From Candidatus Poribacteria bacterium (GTDB lineage Bacteria > Poribacteria > WGA-4E > WGA-3G), in the NCBI GenBank assembly GCA_965198235.1, contig OZ240248.1:4832001-4896000 (forward strand): a DNA stretch of 64,000 nt, written 5' to 3'. This document shows positions 46,589 to 56,028 of this stretch, piece by piece. Under the pieces are notes generated by a model. It was not told where the DNA came from and did not search any database. It worked only from the letters and a program-made list of their open reading frames with translations. The translations under genes were made by a program, and so were the position numbers. How positions within the stretch are numbered: position 1 is the first letter of the stretch; each line of letters begins with the position of its first letter.

Positions 46589-48823
46589 TCATAGGTTATA
46601 GAGATACGTTACTTTAATGACAATGACACGGTTTTCCAGCTGTAACTCGCGACGGGAGGCTGACCGAATAGGCGCATCGCCCCAAGCCTCGTTATATGCC
46701 ACGAAAAGGTGACTCTTCGGGCTATATTCCCATCCAAATAGAAGACTTAGCAGATATGTCTGATGAATTTCCATAGAAAGTGGGCGTTCCCTACTCGTTT
46801 GTGCGAACATTCGGAGAAACGACTCTCGCGTGAACAAGTAGGTCGCACGCAATGAGCTGACGAAAAACCTACCATCAATTGCCCCTTCCAAATCAAAACT
46901 CTGCGCGTAGCCGCTGTCTAATTCTATGGAGAAATTGCTCTGTGGACGGATAGTGGACTCAAGCGTAAGACTCCGCTGTTTGCCCGCTTGTTGTCGTCCA
47001 AAGTTAAAATAGTCAGCGAAATCCACGCCGATACCGACAGCAATCGGGTTTGTAGCGTCAGTATCAATCGAAAACCCGTATCTGTCAGCCGTGAAGACTT
47101 CTGTGAGCTCAACTTCCCGACTTCGGTCATAGTAGGCAGTAATGTCGTCCAAGAGAATTTCTCTGAAATCCATCCCGACATTTCCGCCAACGCTCCATCT
47201 GAAAAGGTCTTCATCGAAATCAGGCGAGAGAGACAACTTTGGGTTACGTTCTCGCCACGCCGCAAAATACACTGGTGTATAAAGGCTTTGGGAGAGACGA
47301 GCGGTTATACCAGAAAAAAACTGGTGCTTCCCCCAGTGTGGAGAATAGGAACTCCGCATAGAGACACGTTGCCAGCCACGGTTTCGTTCTTTTCGTAGAA
47401 ACCCCGTCTGATTAATTTCAAAGTGGGGCGCGACCCGTTCAAATCCAATGTCGCTGCTCCAGAGATAGTTGCGCTGCGCGAAGTCAATCGTATACGCAAA
47501 GTTATCACTATCTTCGCCTGGATAGAAACTACCAGCGTATTGTCCGGTGAGATGATAAGTTTTTCCCAAGGCAAGGTTCATATCAACGCCACCCACTCGG
47601 CTATGACTCCATTTTTCACTACCGGGCTGTTCCTTGTTCACGAGTAGAATCCCAATGTTTGAACGTTTGAGGATGTCGCGTTTAACACGGATTGCAGAAA
47701 ACCATGCTTCCTCCTTTTCGGATGGTGTACTATCAGAAAATCTAAATTCACCGGTTTGATTTCCCAAAACCCCGATAGAGTAATCACCGACTTTTCCTGT
47801 GAGTTTACCACCCCAGAGGATATTGCCGCGACTCCCGATACGGCGGCTGAACATCAGGTCATAAGGCGTTTCAAAAAAACTGTTTCCTTCAACAAAAAAC
47901 GGACGTTTTTCAGGAAAACGCGTCGGGAATCGGGTCAGATTAATTTCTAATTGGTCTGCTTCAACTTGCGCGAAATCGGGATTAACGGTAACGTTCGCCT
48001 TCAAGGCACTCGTGAGGCTGTATTGCACATCCAAACCTGTTCCGAATTGGCGTGTTAAATTGGTATCGGCGGCACCCATACCCCCACCTAAAAGATAAGG
48101 TAAGATTTCAAAGTTTTTTCCGGTCCCGATGCCTTGAATGCCTACGATGTGCCCTAAATCAGACATCCGCGTGACGACCCCGGCTTGTGTCAACTGTTTC
48201 CATACCGTAACCTCGCTTTTCCGGCGGTTTACCCGCTCCACATCAAACCCCCAGATTTGCGTCGGTTTATCAGTAAACCGAAAGTTTGCGAACGGGATTT
48301 TAAACTCGGCGCACCACCCCAATTCATCAATACTGCTTTCAACCCACCAAATCCCTTTCCAGTTGCTATCGCGTTGGGTGTCCTCATACCGATAATTATC
48401 GCTCTGAACACCGGCTGGGTTTGTAGCGAATTTATAGCCTGTACGATGATCGTGATGTGGGTCAATGAAGAAAGAGATGACTTCCGAGGCATAGAGGTCG
48501 CCGCGTCGCGTCATCCGATTGACAATCTTATTGGGTTCAGCGTCGTAACATCGGAATGCGACGTAGAGATTATGCACATCGTAAGCGATACGGAATTCTG
48601 TGTCATCAGTTGCCGGATGACCGCGTGCCGGTTCGAGTTGAATAAAACCGCTGCGGGGTTCTGCCTGCTGCCATACAGTATCGTCCAGTATCCCGTCAAT
48701 TTGCGGTGGTTCGGCTACGATTCGGTGAGCTTCAACGACATGTTCACCCATGCCTTCTGGGTGCGCAAAAAGGAGTCGTGGATAGGCAATAAATAACAGT
48801 AGAGCAACTACGAGTTTTGGCAT
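46589..48823 (-). CDS. CBM9-like + DUF5916 outer-membrane/secreted protein
   Basis: PQIDGILDD..W, AEFKIPF..FRF, NPDFAQVEAD, FPEKRPFFVEG, FSRRIG. Confidence 0.85.
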   Translation of the reverse strand: MPKLVVALLLFIAYPRLLFAHPEGMGEHVVEAHRIVAEPPQIDGILDDTVWQQAEPRSGFIQLEPARGHPATDDTEFRIAYDVHNLYVAFRCYDAEPNKIVNRMTRRGDLYASEVISFFIDPHHDHRTGYKFATNPAGVQSDNYRYEDTQRDSNWKGIWWVESSIDELGWCAEFKIPFANFRFTDKPTQIWGFDVERVNRRKSEVTVWKQLTQAGVVTRMSDLGHIVGIQGIGTGKNFEILPYLLGGGMGAADTNLTRQFGTGLDVQYSLTSALKANVTVNPDFAQVEADQLEINLTRFPTRFPEKRPFFVEGNSFFETPYDLMFSRRIGSRGNILWGGKLTGKVGDYSIGVLGNQTGEFRFSDSTPSEKEEAWFSAIRVKRDILKRSNIGILLVNKEQPGSEKWSHSRVGGVDMNLALGKTYHLTGQYAGSFYPGEDSDNFAYTIDFAQRNYLWSSDIGFERVAPHFEINQTGFLRKERNRGWQRVSMRSSYSPHWGKHQFFSGITARLSQSLYTPVYFAAWRERNPKLSLSPDFDEDLFRWSVGGNVGMDFREILLDDITAYYDRSREVELTEVFTADRYGFSIDTDATNPIAVGIGVDFADYFNFGRQQAGKQRSLTLESTIRPQSNFSIELDSGYAQSFDLEGAIDGRFFVSSLRATYLFTRESFLRMFAQTSRERPLSMEIHQTYLLSLLFGWEYSPKSHLFVAYNEAWGDAPIRSASRRELQLENRVIVIKVTYLYNL

Positions 48824-48829
48824 GCGTTA

Positions 48830-48858
48830 ATTATAGTTGAAATACCGCATGTTGTCAA
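48830..48858 (-). promoter_or_regulatory. Consensus sigma70 promoter 6 nt upstream of ATG (leaderless)
   Basis: TTGACA-17-TATAAT-taacgc-ATG. Confidence 0.75.
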
Positions 48859-49084
48859 GTTTTGCCATTCTCAGTGAGGCTTCCAATGTTATCTTCTCCA
48901 ATCCAACGATAGTGCCGGATGAGACCAATTTGTTGCTTTTTCTTGAAAAAATCGTTAAATTCCTTTAAAATTCTTACAACTTGGTTAGAGCGACAGACTT
49001 AGTTCATTTTAGACATACGTGTATATTGTTAGAATTTCCATCGGCACGTTCTGGTGCGACTTCAACGAAGAAGGATATAGAATA

Positions 49085-49876
49085 ATGGTTGAACTTACAC
49101 GGGAAGACATTGAATTTTTCAGAAATGAGGGGTACTTGGTGAAACGGAACGTCCTGAACCCGGAATTAATGGAGCAGGCACGGGCGAGACTCTGGGATGG
49201 TGCGCCCGAAGGACGCAGACGTGATGATCCTGAAACATGGGTCGGTCCCTTCACACCAGAGGAAGAGAACCCTGACGGAAATAATCATCGACGCGGATTT
49301 CGTTGGAACTTCCGCGAACCCGGTGGCGAAGATTGGATGGTTCAGCTTCTCGCTACCGATCCAAACGTCTGGCGGATGGCAGAGCAATTTTTGGGTGCTG
49401 GGAATTTGGTGCAACCCGACCGCGTGCGCGGTATCTATTGCACCCTACCTTACGGCGATGTCCCGAAGAAATCGATTGGGTGTCATGTGGACGCGCATCC
49501 GTTCCATCTTGGTGCTGTCGGTTATATTGACGATGTGCCGCCGGAAGGTGGTGGGTTTACTGTCTGGCCACAGAGCCATAAAACTTTCTATTACGATTAC
49601 CATTCCCAATACAAAAACGAGCCGACACCGCAATACGACATCGACCGCGAACGTATCAGCAGAGAGCCGGGTGTTGATTGCTACGGTAACGCAGGGGATG
49701 TTGTCTTCTGGCACCATCGCATCGGTCATGCTGCAGGGCATAACTACTCGCAGCAGATCCGGCAAGCCGTGCTATACGATTTTCGGAAAACAGAATTAGA
49801 ACAAACTCAGGAGGAGCCACCAAGCGAGGATATGTGGAGGGATTGGCCCGGCATCAAGGCGTTAGAGTCGGATTAA
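49085..49876 (+). CDS. Phytanoyl-CoA dioxygenase (PhyH) family
   Basis: LT.E.IEFF..EGYLV, HVD, GG..VWP.SH, GDVVFWH...H. Confidence 0.88.
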   Translation: MVELTREDIEFFRNEGYLVKRNVLNPELMEQARARLWDGAPEGRRRDDPETWVGPFTPEEENPDGNNHRRGFRWNFREPGGEDWMVQLLATDPNVWRMAEQFLGAGNLVQPDRVRGIYCTLPYGDVPKKSIGCHVDAHPFHLGAVGYIDDVPPEGGGFTVWPQSHKTFYYDYHSQYKNEPTPQYDIDRERISREPGVDCYGNAGDVVFWHHRIGHAAGHNYSQQIRQAVLYDFRKTELEQTQEEPPSEDMWRDWPGIKALESD

Positions 49877-49920
49877 TCTATTGTCTCGTAGGCGCGGTTT
49901 TCAGCCGCGCCAACTCAATT

Positions 49921-50742
49921 CTATCTCAAATCCAGTTCCTTCAAGGTGCTTGCCATCATGTCGTGAGCGATTTGTGCCTTCTCCATCCGCATGTGGGGGA
50001 ACGTTTCTACGGATATATACTTATCGTAACCGACTTTCCCTAAACTCTCTGCAAAGGTCCGAAAATCCAATTCATCTCCCTCCTCACCCGGAATCAGGAA
50101 GGTGCTGTAGGGATACATGCCTGTCACGCCTTTGACATGGCAATGTGTAGTGAGCGGTCCCAGTTTTTCGGTAACTTCGGCGATGTCTTCACCGAGATGA
50201 TAAAAATTGGTAATGTCATTAAGGGACCTTAGTGCGTCAGATCCGACGTGTTCAATCAGAAGCGGAACTTTTGAAGAGGCATCGATTGTCGTTGCTTCGT
50301 GATTATGAATGTTCATCGTGATGCCGAGTTCCTCGGCGCGTCGGCAGATTGGCTTCAGCACATCAACGAGGAGCCGCCATGCGAATGCGTCGCCTTTCTC
50401 GCCGCCATACCCGGTGAGAAAATTGACACCACCCGCCCCAAGCGCGACTGCTACGTCTTGAAGAAGCGCGTAATGGTCAACTGCACCTTGCTGGTCTTCT
50501 GCCGCCAACTGGTATAAGCCTTTTCCCGTAAACGGATTAATGACAGAGACCTTTAACCCACTGTCGGTTACCATCGTTTTGACCTCTTTGAGCAAGCCAT
50601 CGGTAACTTCGCCAGAGGGGATATGCGCTTCTGGTCCGCACATCATCTCGATTGCGTCGTAGCCTGCATCGGCGAGAATCGTGATAACTTCTTGTAGAGG
50701 GATGTCCTTCATCCCGCCAGCGTGATAAGAGATACCAATCAC
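49921..50742 (-). CDS. Sugar phosphate isomerase/epimerase (AP endonuclease 2 TIM barrel)
   Basis: GYDAIE, HNH, D..N, HCHVK, GYDKYISVE. Confidence 0.88.
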   Translation of the reverse strand: MIGISYHAGGMKDIPLQEVITILADAGYDAIEMMCGPEAHIPSGEVTDGLLKEVKTMVTDSGLKVSVINPFTGKGLYQLAAEDQQGAVDHYALLQDVAVALGAGGVNFLTGYGGEKGDAFAWRLLVDVLKPICRRAEELGITMNIHNHEATTIDASSKVPLLIEHVGSDALRSLNDITNFYHLGEDIAEVTEKLGPLTTHCHVKGVTGMYPYSTFLIPGEEGDELDFRTFAESLGKVGYDKYISVETFPHMRMEKAQIAHDMMASTLKELDLR

Positions 50743-50782
50743 TGTTAACTCCTTTCGACTTTCGTTCTTTGGTCGTTCATTT

Positions 50783-52066
50783 TTACCTTTTTGTTCTTCC
50801 TGTTATGTCCCATAGGCGCACAGTCCCATAACCGTTTACACTTGCGAGTGTAATGCTATTCGGAGCGAATGTCAAGGCATCAATACTCATATCACGCTCA
50901 GTAATTACAGAGACTAAGCGTCGGCTTGCCAGATCCCAAATGAGAATCTTACCCCACGAACTCCCACTCGCGAGCGTTTTTCCATCTGGTGAAAACGCCA
51001 ATGCTGTTACACTCCCTTCTGGTGCCGGCATAGCTGCTATTTGTCTGCTGGTGTCAACATCCCATAACCGAATCTCTCCAAAGGGGACAGCCCACAACCT
51101 AACTTCAGAGTTATAGCCACCACTCGCCAGGGTGTTACCATCTGGAGAGAACGCCAATGACTTTACTTCGTGCGTAGGCGACGTGAGGAATGAGAGGGAA
51201 CGGGTACCCTGCCTACTTAGCACGATCGGCGGTCTAAAGTAGATATAGCGATACTCTCCCCAACGCCAGTGGGTGTTGATTTTGTCCCCTGGTGCGGTTT
51301 CAAAATGAAACGCCGCAAATTGCATGCGTTTCAAAGCCTTTGTGCCAACCACTTGTTGATGTAAAAGCCGATCTTGAACGAGGTCTAATGTCCAAACTGA
51401 ACCGCTATGTCCTACAGTAATAACGTTGGCACTATCCTGCGTAAATGCAGTCGTTGTATCATCCGATGTGTTGGCTTGAGGTGTTAAAGCATCCTTGCTT
51501 TTACTTGATATATTAGGGATCTTTTTTCCAAGAAATGGGTGCTGGGCAGGGTGTGGAGGCCTTCGACCCGGTGAGGTAAGATCCCACACGGCAAATTGGT
51601 AGTTGCCGCGCGAGGAGTCACGCTCAATCACACCGGCGACAGTTTTTCCATCTGGATAGAACGCTAACGCCCTGACCTGATTCATATCCGTCTCAAGGGT
51701 TAACAGATGCTCTCCGGTTTCTACATCCCACACACGAGCTTCCAAACGCCAGTCTGTCGCTACCGTTTTTCCATTGTGAGAGAAAGCCAAGACAGGCCCA
51801 TACCCACCATAAGATGAGTGGCTGTATCCTTTGAGGGTGGATATATGTGTGTACTCTTGCGCATACTTCTTTGGCAGATATGGGGGTGCCATCTCTAAGA
51901 GATTCGGTAGAATGACCTTTATCCCAAAGACGGTAAGGAACCAATCAAACACCGCGGTCAACACAACTAACGCAACAATCCATTTCTTTCTTTTCAAGGT
52001 TTGCCCGGGCAGCCTGTCGCGCTTGCACCACCTGATGCGTTCTCGGAAGGATCGTCTCAGTTTCAT
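50783..52066 (-). CDS. Membrane-anchored WD40 repeat protein
   Basis: N-terminal TM; repeated LAFSPDG.TLASG...IRLWD. Confidence 0.88.
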   Translation of the reverse strand: MKLRRSFRERIRWCKRDRLPGQTLKRKKWIVALVVLTAVFDWFLTVFGIKVILPNLLEMAPPYLPKKYAQEYTHISTLKGYSHSSYGGYGPVLAFSHNGKTVATDWRLEARVWDVETGEHLLTLETDMNQVRALAFYPDGKTVAGVIERDSSRGNYQFAVWDLTSPGRRPPHPAQHPFLGKKIPNISSKSKDALTPQANTSDDTTTAFTQDSANVITVGHSGSVWTLDLVQDRLLHQQVVGTKALKRMQFAAFHFETAPGDKINTHWRWGEYRYIYFRPPIVLSRQGTRSLSFLTSPTHEVKSLAFSPDGNTLASGGYNSEVRLWAVPFGEIRLWDVDTSRQIAAMPAPEGSVTALAFSPDGKTLASGSSWGKILIWDLASRRLVSVITERDMSIDALTFAPNSITLASVNGYGTVRLWDITGRTKR

Positions 52067-52111
52067 CGCTTCCTCCTTTTAAGGGGTCGCGTACACTCTG
52101 CTGTTTACTCT

Positions 52112-52140
52112 TATAGAGACTCCCCCCTTTAAAAAGATAG
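52112..52140 (-). promoter_or_regulatory. Putative ECF-type promoter, copy 3
   Basis: Reverse complement CTATCT-TTTT-N12-CTCTATA, upstream of SD AAGGAGG and ATG 52066. Confidence 0.5.
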
Positions 52141-52274
52141 GAAAAAGCAACTTTTGCGGCAGAAAAAATAAAAAGCCGAATCCCTTTGCAGGTTCAGCAA
52201 TTATATTGCACCTCCTACTTTCAAAAGAATTTGAACGTTAGATTCATTCAGATTCGATTTGTCTTCCGGTGAAT

Positions 52275-53168
52275 TCATCGTTCCCTAACAAGGAGCGAAC
52301 CCTCCTGGGTCGCGCATATAAGTTTTTCACCATCCGCTGAAAATGTGAGTTCCCGAATAGCACCTTCCTGTACAGAAAACATGGATACGGGATTGCCGCC
52401 TCTCGTTTCCCACAACTGAATGTAGTTATCTCTTCCGCCGCTTACGAGCAGCTCACCGTCGGTAGAAAATGCCAAAGCACTGACTGAGTCGGTATGCCCT
52501 CTTAATATAGTGAGTAAATGCTTGCTTTCCAAATTCCACAGCCGAACAAGTGTGTCCGAACCGCCACTCGCCAGTGTCTCACTTTCAGGGGAAAATGCCA
52601 AAGCCAAGACAAGTCCGTCATGTGCTGAAAAGGTGGAGAGTAGACCCCCCGTTTCGACTTCCCATAAGCGAATTTTGCCGTCCGCGCTTCCACTTGCAAG
52701 TGTTGTGCCATCCGGCGAAAATGCCAGACTCCTAATTCGTCCGGGGGCTTCAGTAGAAGAGGCAAGCAACCGTTCTGTGCGCGGATCCCATCCGGGAAGC
52801 GGGACACCATCCGGTGAAGATGATGCTAACGCGTTCACCAGATTAGAATCCCCAGCCAGTGTTAGCACTTCGCGAGCCGTAGCGGTGTCCCAGAGTCTGA
52901 GCGTATTGTCTTCGCTCCCGCTGGCAAGCAGAGAATTATCTGGAGCAAATGCTAATGCCCGCATGTGTTCCGTATAACCTGAGAGCATTGCGAATTGTGC
53001 TCCGGTGGCTGTGTCGTATATCCAGATACGTCCATCACCGCCTGCGGCGAGCCGTGTGCCATCTGGTGAGCAAGTGATAGCCATCACTTGCTTTTTATCG
53101 AACCTTGCTTTGAGTCCCGGAGGTAACTCAGATTGGATGCAGTTCTGAAACATTTCTGTTTTTTCCAT
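52275..53168 (-). CDS. WD40 repeat protein
   Basis: Multiple LAFSPDG..LASGS.D..IRLW repeats, GHTDSV. Confidence 0.92.
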   Translation of the reverse strand: MEKTEMFQNCIQSELPPGLKARFDKKQVMAITCSPDGTRLAAGGDGRIWIYDTATGAQFAMLSGYTEHMRALAFAPDNSLLASGSEDNTLRLWDTATAREVLTLAGDSNLVNALASSSPDGVPLPGWDPRTERLLASSTEAPGRIRSLAFSPDGTTLASGSADGKIRLWEVETGGLLSTFSAHDGLVLALAFSPESETLASGGSDTLVRLWNLESKHLLTILRGHTDSVSALAFSTDGELLVSGGRDNYIQLWETRGGNPVSMFSVQEGAIRELTFSADGEKLICATQEGSLLVRER

Positions 53169-53184
53169 TTTTTAAACTATTTTT

Positions 53185-53385
53185 TTAATTATGGGCCTCT
53201 GGGGCACCGCTCCAAATGTAAAGCATTCTCACTGCGAAGCAAAATTATGCCATTTAAGGAAACCTAATTTCATTTCGCGGTGGTCTCTGGTTAATTCGAG
53301 AACCCACCTTAGATGATGAGAGGTTACTGACTTAACCAAAAACCATCGTGAAACGAAGTGGAACGATGCCCAGGAACCAATAGTT
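53185..53385. repeat. Two family B repeats in opposite orientation, one filled (with the nested 16-mer) and one empty
   Basis: Minus copy gaaatgaaa[cassette containing tgcttcgcagtgagaa]tggagcggtgcccc; plus copy gaaacgaagtggaacgatgcccag. Confidence 0.75.
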
Positions 53386-53510
53386 AAAAAAGTTTCGGGC
53401 AGGTTTTTGATTCAGTCCACTGGGTTGGAGCCGTTTGTGGTTTCCAGTTTTGACCATCAACTTACACATTGATAAAATTGTTAAGGAAACCCGAGTTGAT
53501 AGTCAAAGTA

Positions 53511-54539
53511 TTAAGACACGGAATTCCAATCTAAAACGACACCTGTATACACATTCGGTTCCTTGAGGAGACCGTCGTAAGCCTGCTTAATCTGTTCTGG
53601 TTTGAGACGGTGAGAGATTAAGGGTTCGACGTGCAATTGCCCGCGTGCCATCCAGTCAAAGATGGTTTGCTGTTTGCTCCATTGAGAGATTCGATTCCCG
53701 ATGTCCGGGTACATCGGCACGCACCATTCCAATGCCCCACGGATAGTAATCCATCGCAAATGTGTTTCAGAAAGTAGATCGGTCAGGTCTCCAGGCACTG
53801 AAACGCGCGGTGTTCCGAGAATGATGAGTTGTCCGTGGCTGGCGGTGGCGCGAAGTGCTTGCATAACAACCCCACTGTGTCCAACAGCATCGACCGTGAT
53901 ATTACCAAGCTCACCACCCGTAATTTCCTCAACCTGTGTTTGTGATTCGTCAGCATCGCCACCCACAGTATGTTTAATTCCACACCGCTGTGCGAGTTCT
54001 CGTCTCTCCGCTACCGGGTCCACGCCAATCACGCGACATCCGTGAATCTGAAACATCTGTGATGCTAAGTTTCCAACAAGTCCTAATCCAAAGACAACGA
54101 CCCACGGGTTCGTCCCGATCTCCCCGACAACAATCGCGGTCATCGCAACACCTGCCATCCGTGATGCTGCAATCACAGCTGGATCCACTGCCTCTCTAAC
54201 AGGCGCGACCAACCGATCTTGTGAATATAGGATCGTTGAGGCGTGCCGTCCGTATGTGAAAACCCGGTCACCGGGTGCAGCGCGGGTAACACCAGCACCG
54301 ACTACACGCACAATGCCGACATTCGCATAACCAGAACGCCACGGATATTCACACCATGACCCCTTCTGGAAGACCTTCGGCTCTCTCCCGGTATAATTTG
54401 CGAGTTCTGTACCGCTACTAATGAAGGTGTATTCTGTGTCTATCAGCAATTCGTTGGAAGCGAGCACTGGTGCGTCTATATCGGCAATCTGCAGCTCCAC
54501 TTGGTTTTGACCTGTTACAACAACCTCTCTTATTTTCAT
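53511..54539 (-). CDS. Zn-type (MDR) dehydrogenase-like protein
   Basis: ISSGTE, GYANVG, GLGLVG, LISHR. Confidence 0.85.
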   Translation of the reverse strand: MKIREVVVTGQNQVELQIADIDAPVLASNELLIDTEYTFISSGTELANYTGREPKVFQKGSWCEYPWRSGYANVGIVRVVGAGVTRAAPGDRVFTYGRHASTILYSQDRLVAPVREAVDPAVIAASRMAGVAMTAIVVGEIGTNPWVVVFGLGLVGNLASQMFQIHGCRVIGVDPVAERRELAQRCGIKHTVGGDADESQTQVEEITGGELGNITVDAVGHSGVVMQALRATASHGQLIILGTPRVSVPGDLTDLLSETHLRWITIRGALEWCVPMYPDIGNRISQWSKQQTIFDWMARGQLHVEPLISHRLKPEQIKQAYDGLLKEPNVYTGVVLDWNSVS

Positions 54540-54865
54540 GCTGAGTCTTCCTCTCCTAATTCCTTTAATTCTTCTTGCTTAATCCTACGAATCAGGGCTT
54601 GCATCCGTTTATATCTAAAAAGCCCGACGAAGAAGGTCGCAATGCCGAGCATGATAAAGATAATGCCGATTACCTCAACGATATATGAACTAAAGATCTC
54701 TTTGAGATGTACAAAGGATAAGCCTGCAACGAACAGCGTTAGCGCCGTGCGGATATAAGCGAGGAAGGTTCGCTCATTCGCGAGGATAGTCCGGTCCGCA
54801 GCGAGATGGTCTCGCAAGATAAGTTGGTCTTCGAGTCCTTTGTAAGGCGTTGGTTTCTCTGGCAT
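54536..54865 (-). CDS. DUF202 (YidH-like) membrane protein
   Basis: RDHLAADRTILANERTFLAYIRT. Confidence 0.9.
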   Translation of the reverse strand: MPEKPTPYKGLEDQLILRDHLAADRTILANERTFLAYIRTALTLFVAGLSFVHLKEIFSSYIVEVIGIIFIMLGIATFFVGLFRYKRMQALIRRIKQEELKELGEEDSA

Positions 54866-55047
54866 TTGACGTTCCTTTTTTTAAATGTTCCTTGCGGTTA
54901 AACAACATGAAATTGGCATTTAACGTTCCTTTCTTAAGAGTCGCCTTCCACTCCGTTTCAGGCTTGGGGTTCGGTTTTAAGAAGGACGTACAGCATGATC
55001 AGAAACCTGTCCGAAACGTAGTGGAGGGCAGGGCAGAAACCCAATAA

Positions 55048-55380
55048 TTAAAAAAAGAGATTCAAAATAATGATGCCGGCAAGCCATCCGTATAAAGTCC
55101 GAAGGCATCGTAACCTTTTTGCTGTACACTGGTATTCCGCCGTGTAGCACGCAGGATTTTGGAAATAGAGCGTCAGTCGTCTTGGCATGGACAAGTCTAT
55201 TTTAGGTGTTAAGGTGCCCATAACAGCGGCACTTACACCGAGAAGCACAATATTGATTGTGGGCAGGATACTGAGAACGGCGCCAAATACTGTCCAACGC
55301 CACTTTGAAACACTACGGAATGCGTCAACCCGTGCCATGCGGATCAGCGATGCGGATGGTATGCTTGTTTCTGGAGCCAT
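55048..55380 (-). CDS. Hypothetical membrane protein
   Basis: 110-aa ORF with hydrophobic segments; start uncertain. Confidence 0.5.
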   Translation of the reverse strand: MAPETSIPSASLIRMARVDAFRSVSKWRWTVFGAVLSILPTINIVLLGVSAAVMGTLTPKIDLSMPRRLTLYFQNPACYTAEYQCTAKRLRCLRTLYGWLAGIIILNLFF

Positions 55381-55460
55381 GCGTGATGTCCGGATTGGAA
55401 CGCGAGACTTCCTTGATCTGCCCTTTTATATTGTAGAAACGCTTCTGCGCGCAACACGCA

Positions 55461-55703
55461 TTAACCCTCGTAACGTAGATTTTTTCCATTGTCGGGACCA
55501 CCTTGATGCCAAACCCAGACGTTGCGAAAATATGACTGTTTTTCTGGAGGCAACCCTTCAATCACATGCTTCGGCACTGATGGTTTGTGAAATTGACGCC
55601 CGACGAAGTTATAACAATTGAAGATAGCTATCCGAGGTCGATCCGGATTTTGCCACGGAACCCCTGAATGACAAAGGTTCTCCGCGAAGATAATCACGGA
55701 CAA
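55461..55703 (-). pseudogene. C-terminal fragment of a PhyH-family dioxygenase
   Basis: SVIIFAENLCHSGVPWQNPDRPRIAIFNCY matches the distal His..W....R strand of PhyH proteins; N-terminal part absent. Confidence 0.6.
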
Positions 55704-55894
55704 CGCTTCCGATCATCTTAAGCATTATAGCAAATTTTAGGTTTAATTCAAAACGATTTTTTAAATTGGGCTACAGTGCTGTAGTCCAGCAGGAACATCT
55801 ATTTTCGTTTCTTTACTCTTATAGCCGGAGACCTCTGTGTAGATGCGCGTATCGCCAAAAGTAAAATAAACCTAAAAAGGTAACGAACCTTTGT

Positions 55895-55924
55895 TTGACA
55901 CCGATATATGCTGTATGCTATACT
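55895..55924 (+). promoter_or_regulatory. Sigma70 promoter for the CADD operon
   Basis: TTGACA-18-TATACT with extended TG. Confidence 0.6.
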
Positions 55925-56028
55925 AAAGACATGCCACGAGCAGTACTTTTTGGTGTAACTTGCAAACTGAGAATTGCTGTGGAAAACATCGACGGACTGT
56001 TGAACTTTATTTTCATAAATGAAATGGA

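Noticed and set aside
55931-56000. TPP/THF/ZTP riboswitch upstream of CADD (contains CTGAGA)
   Set aside because: The other conserved elements of these aptamers are not visible; kept only as an unassigned leader
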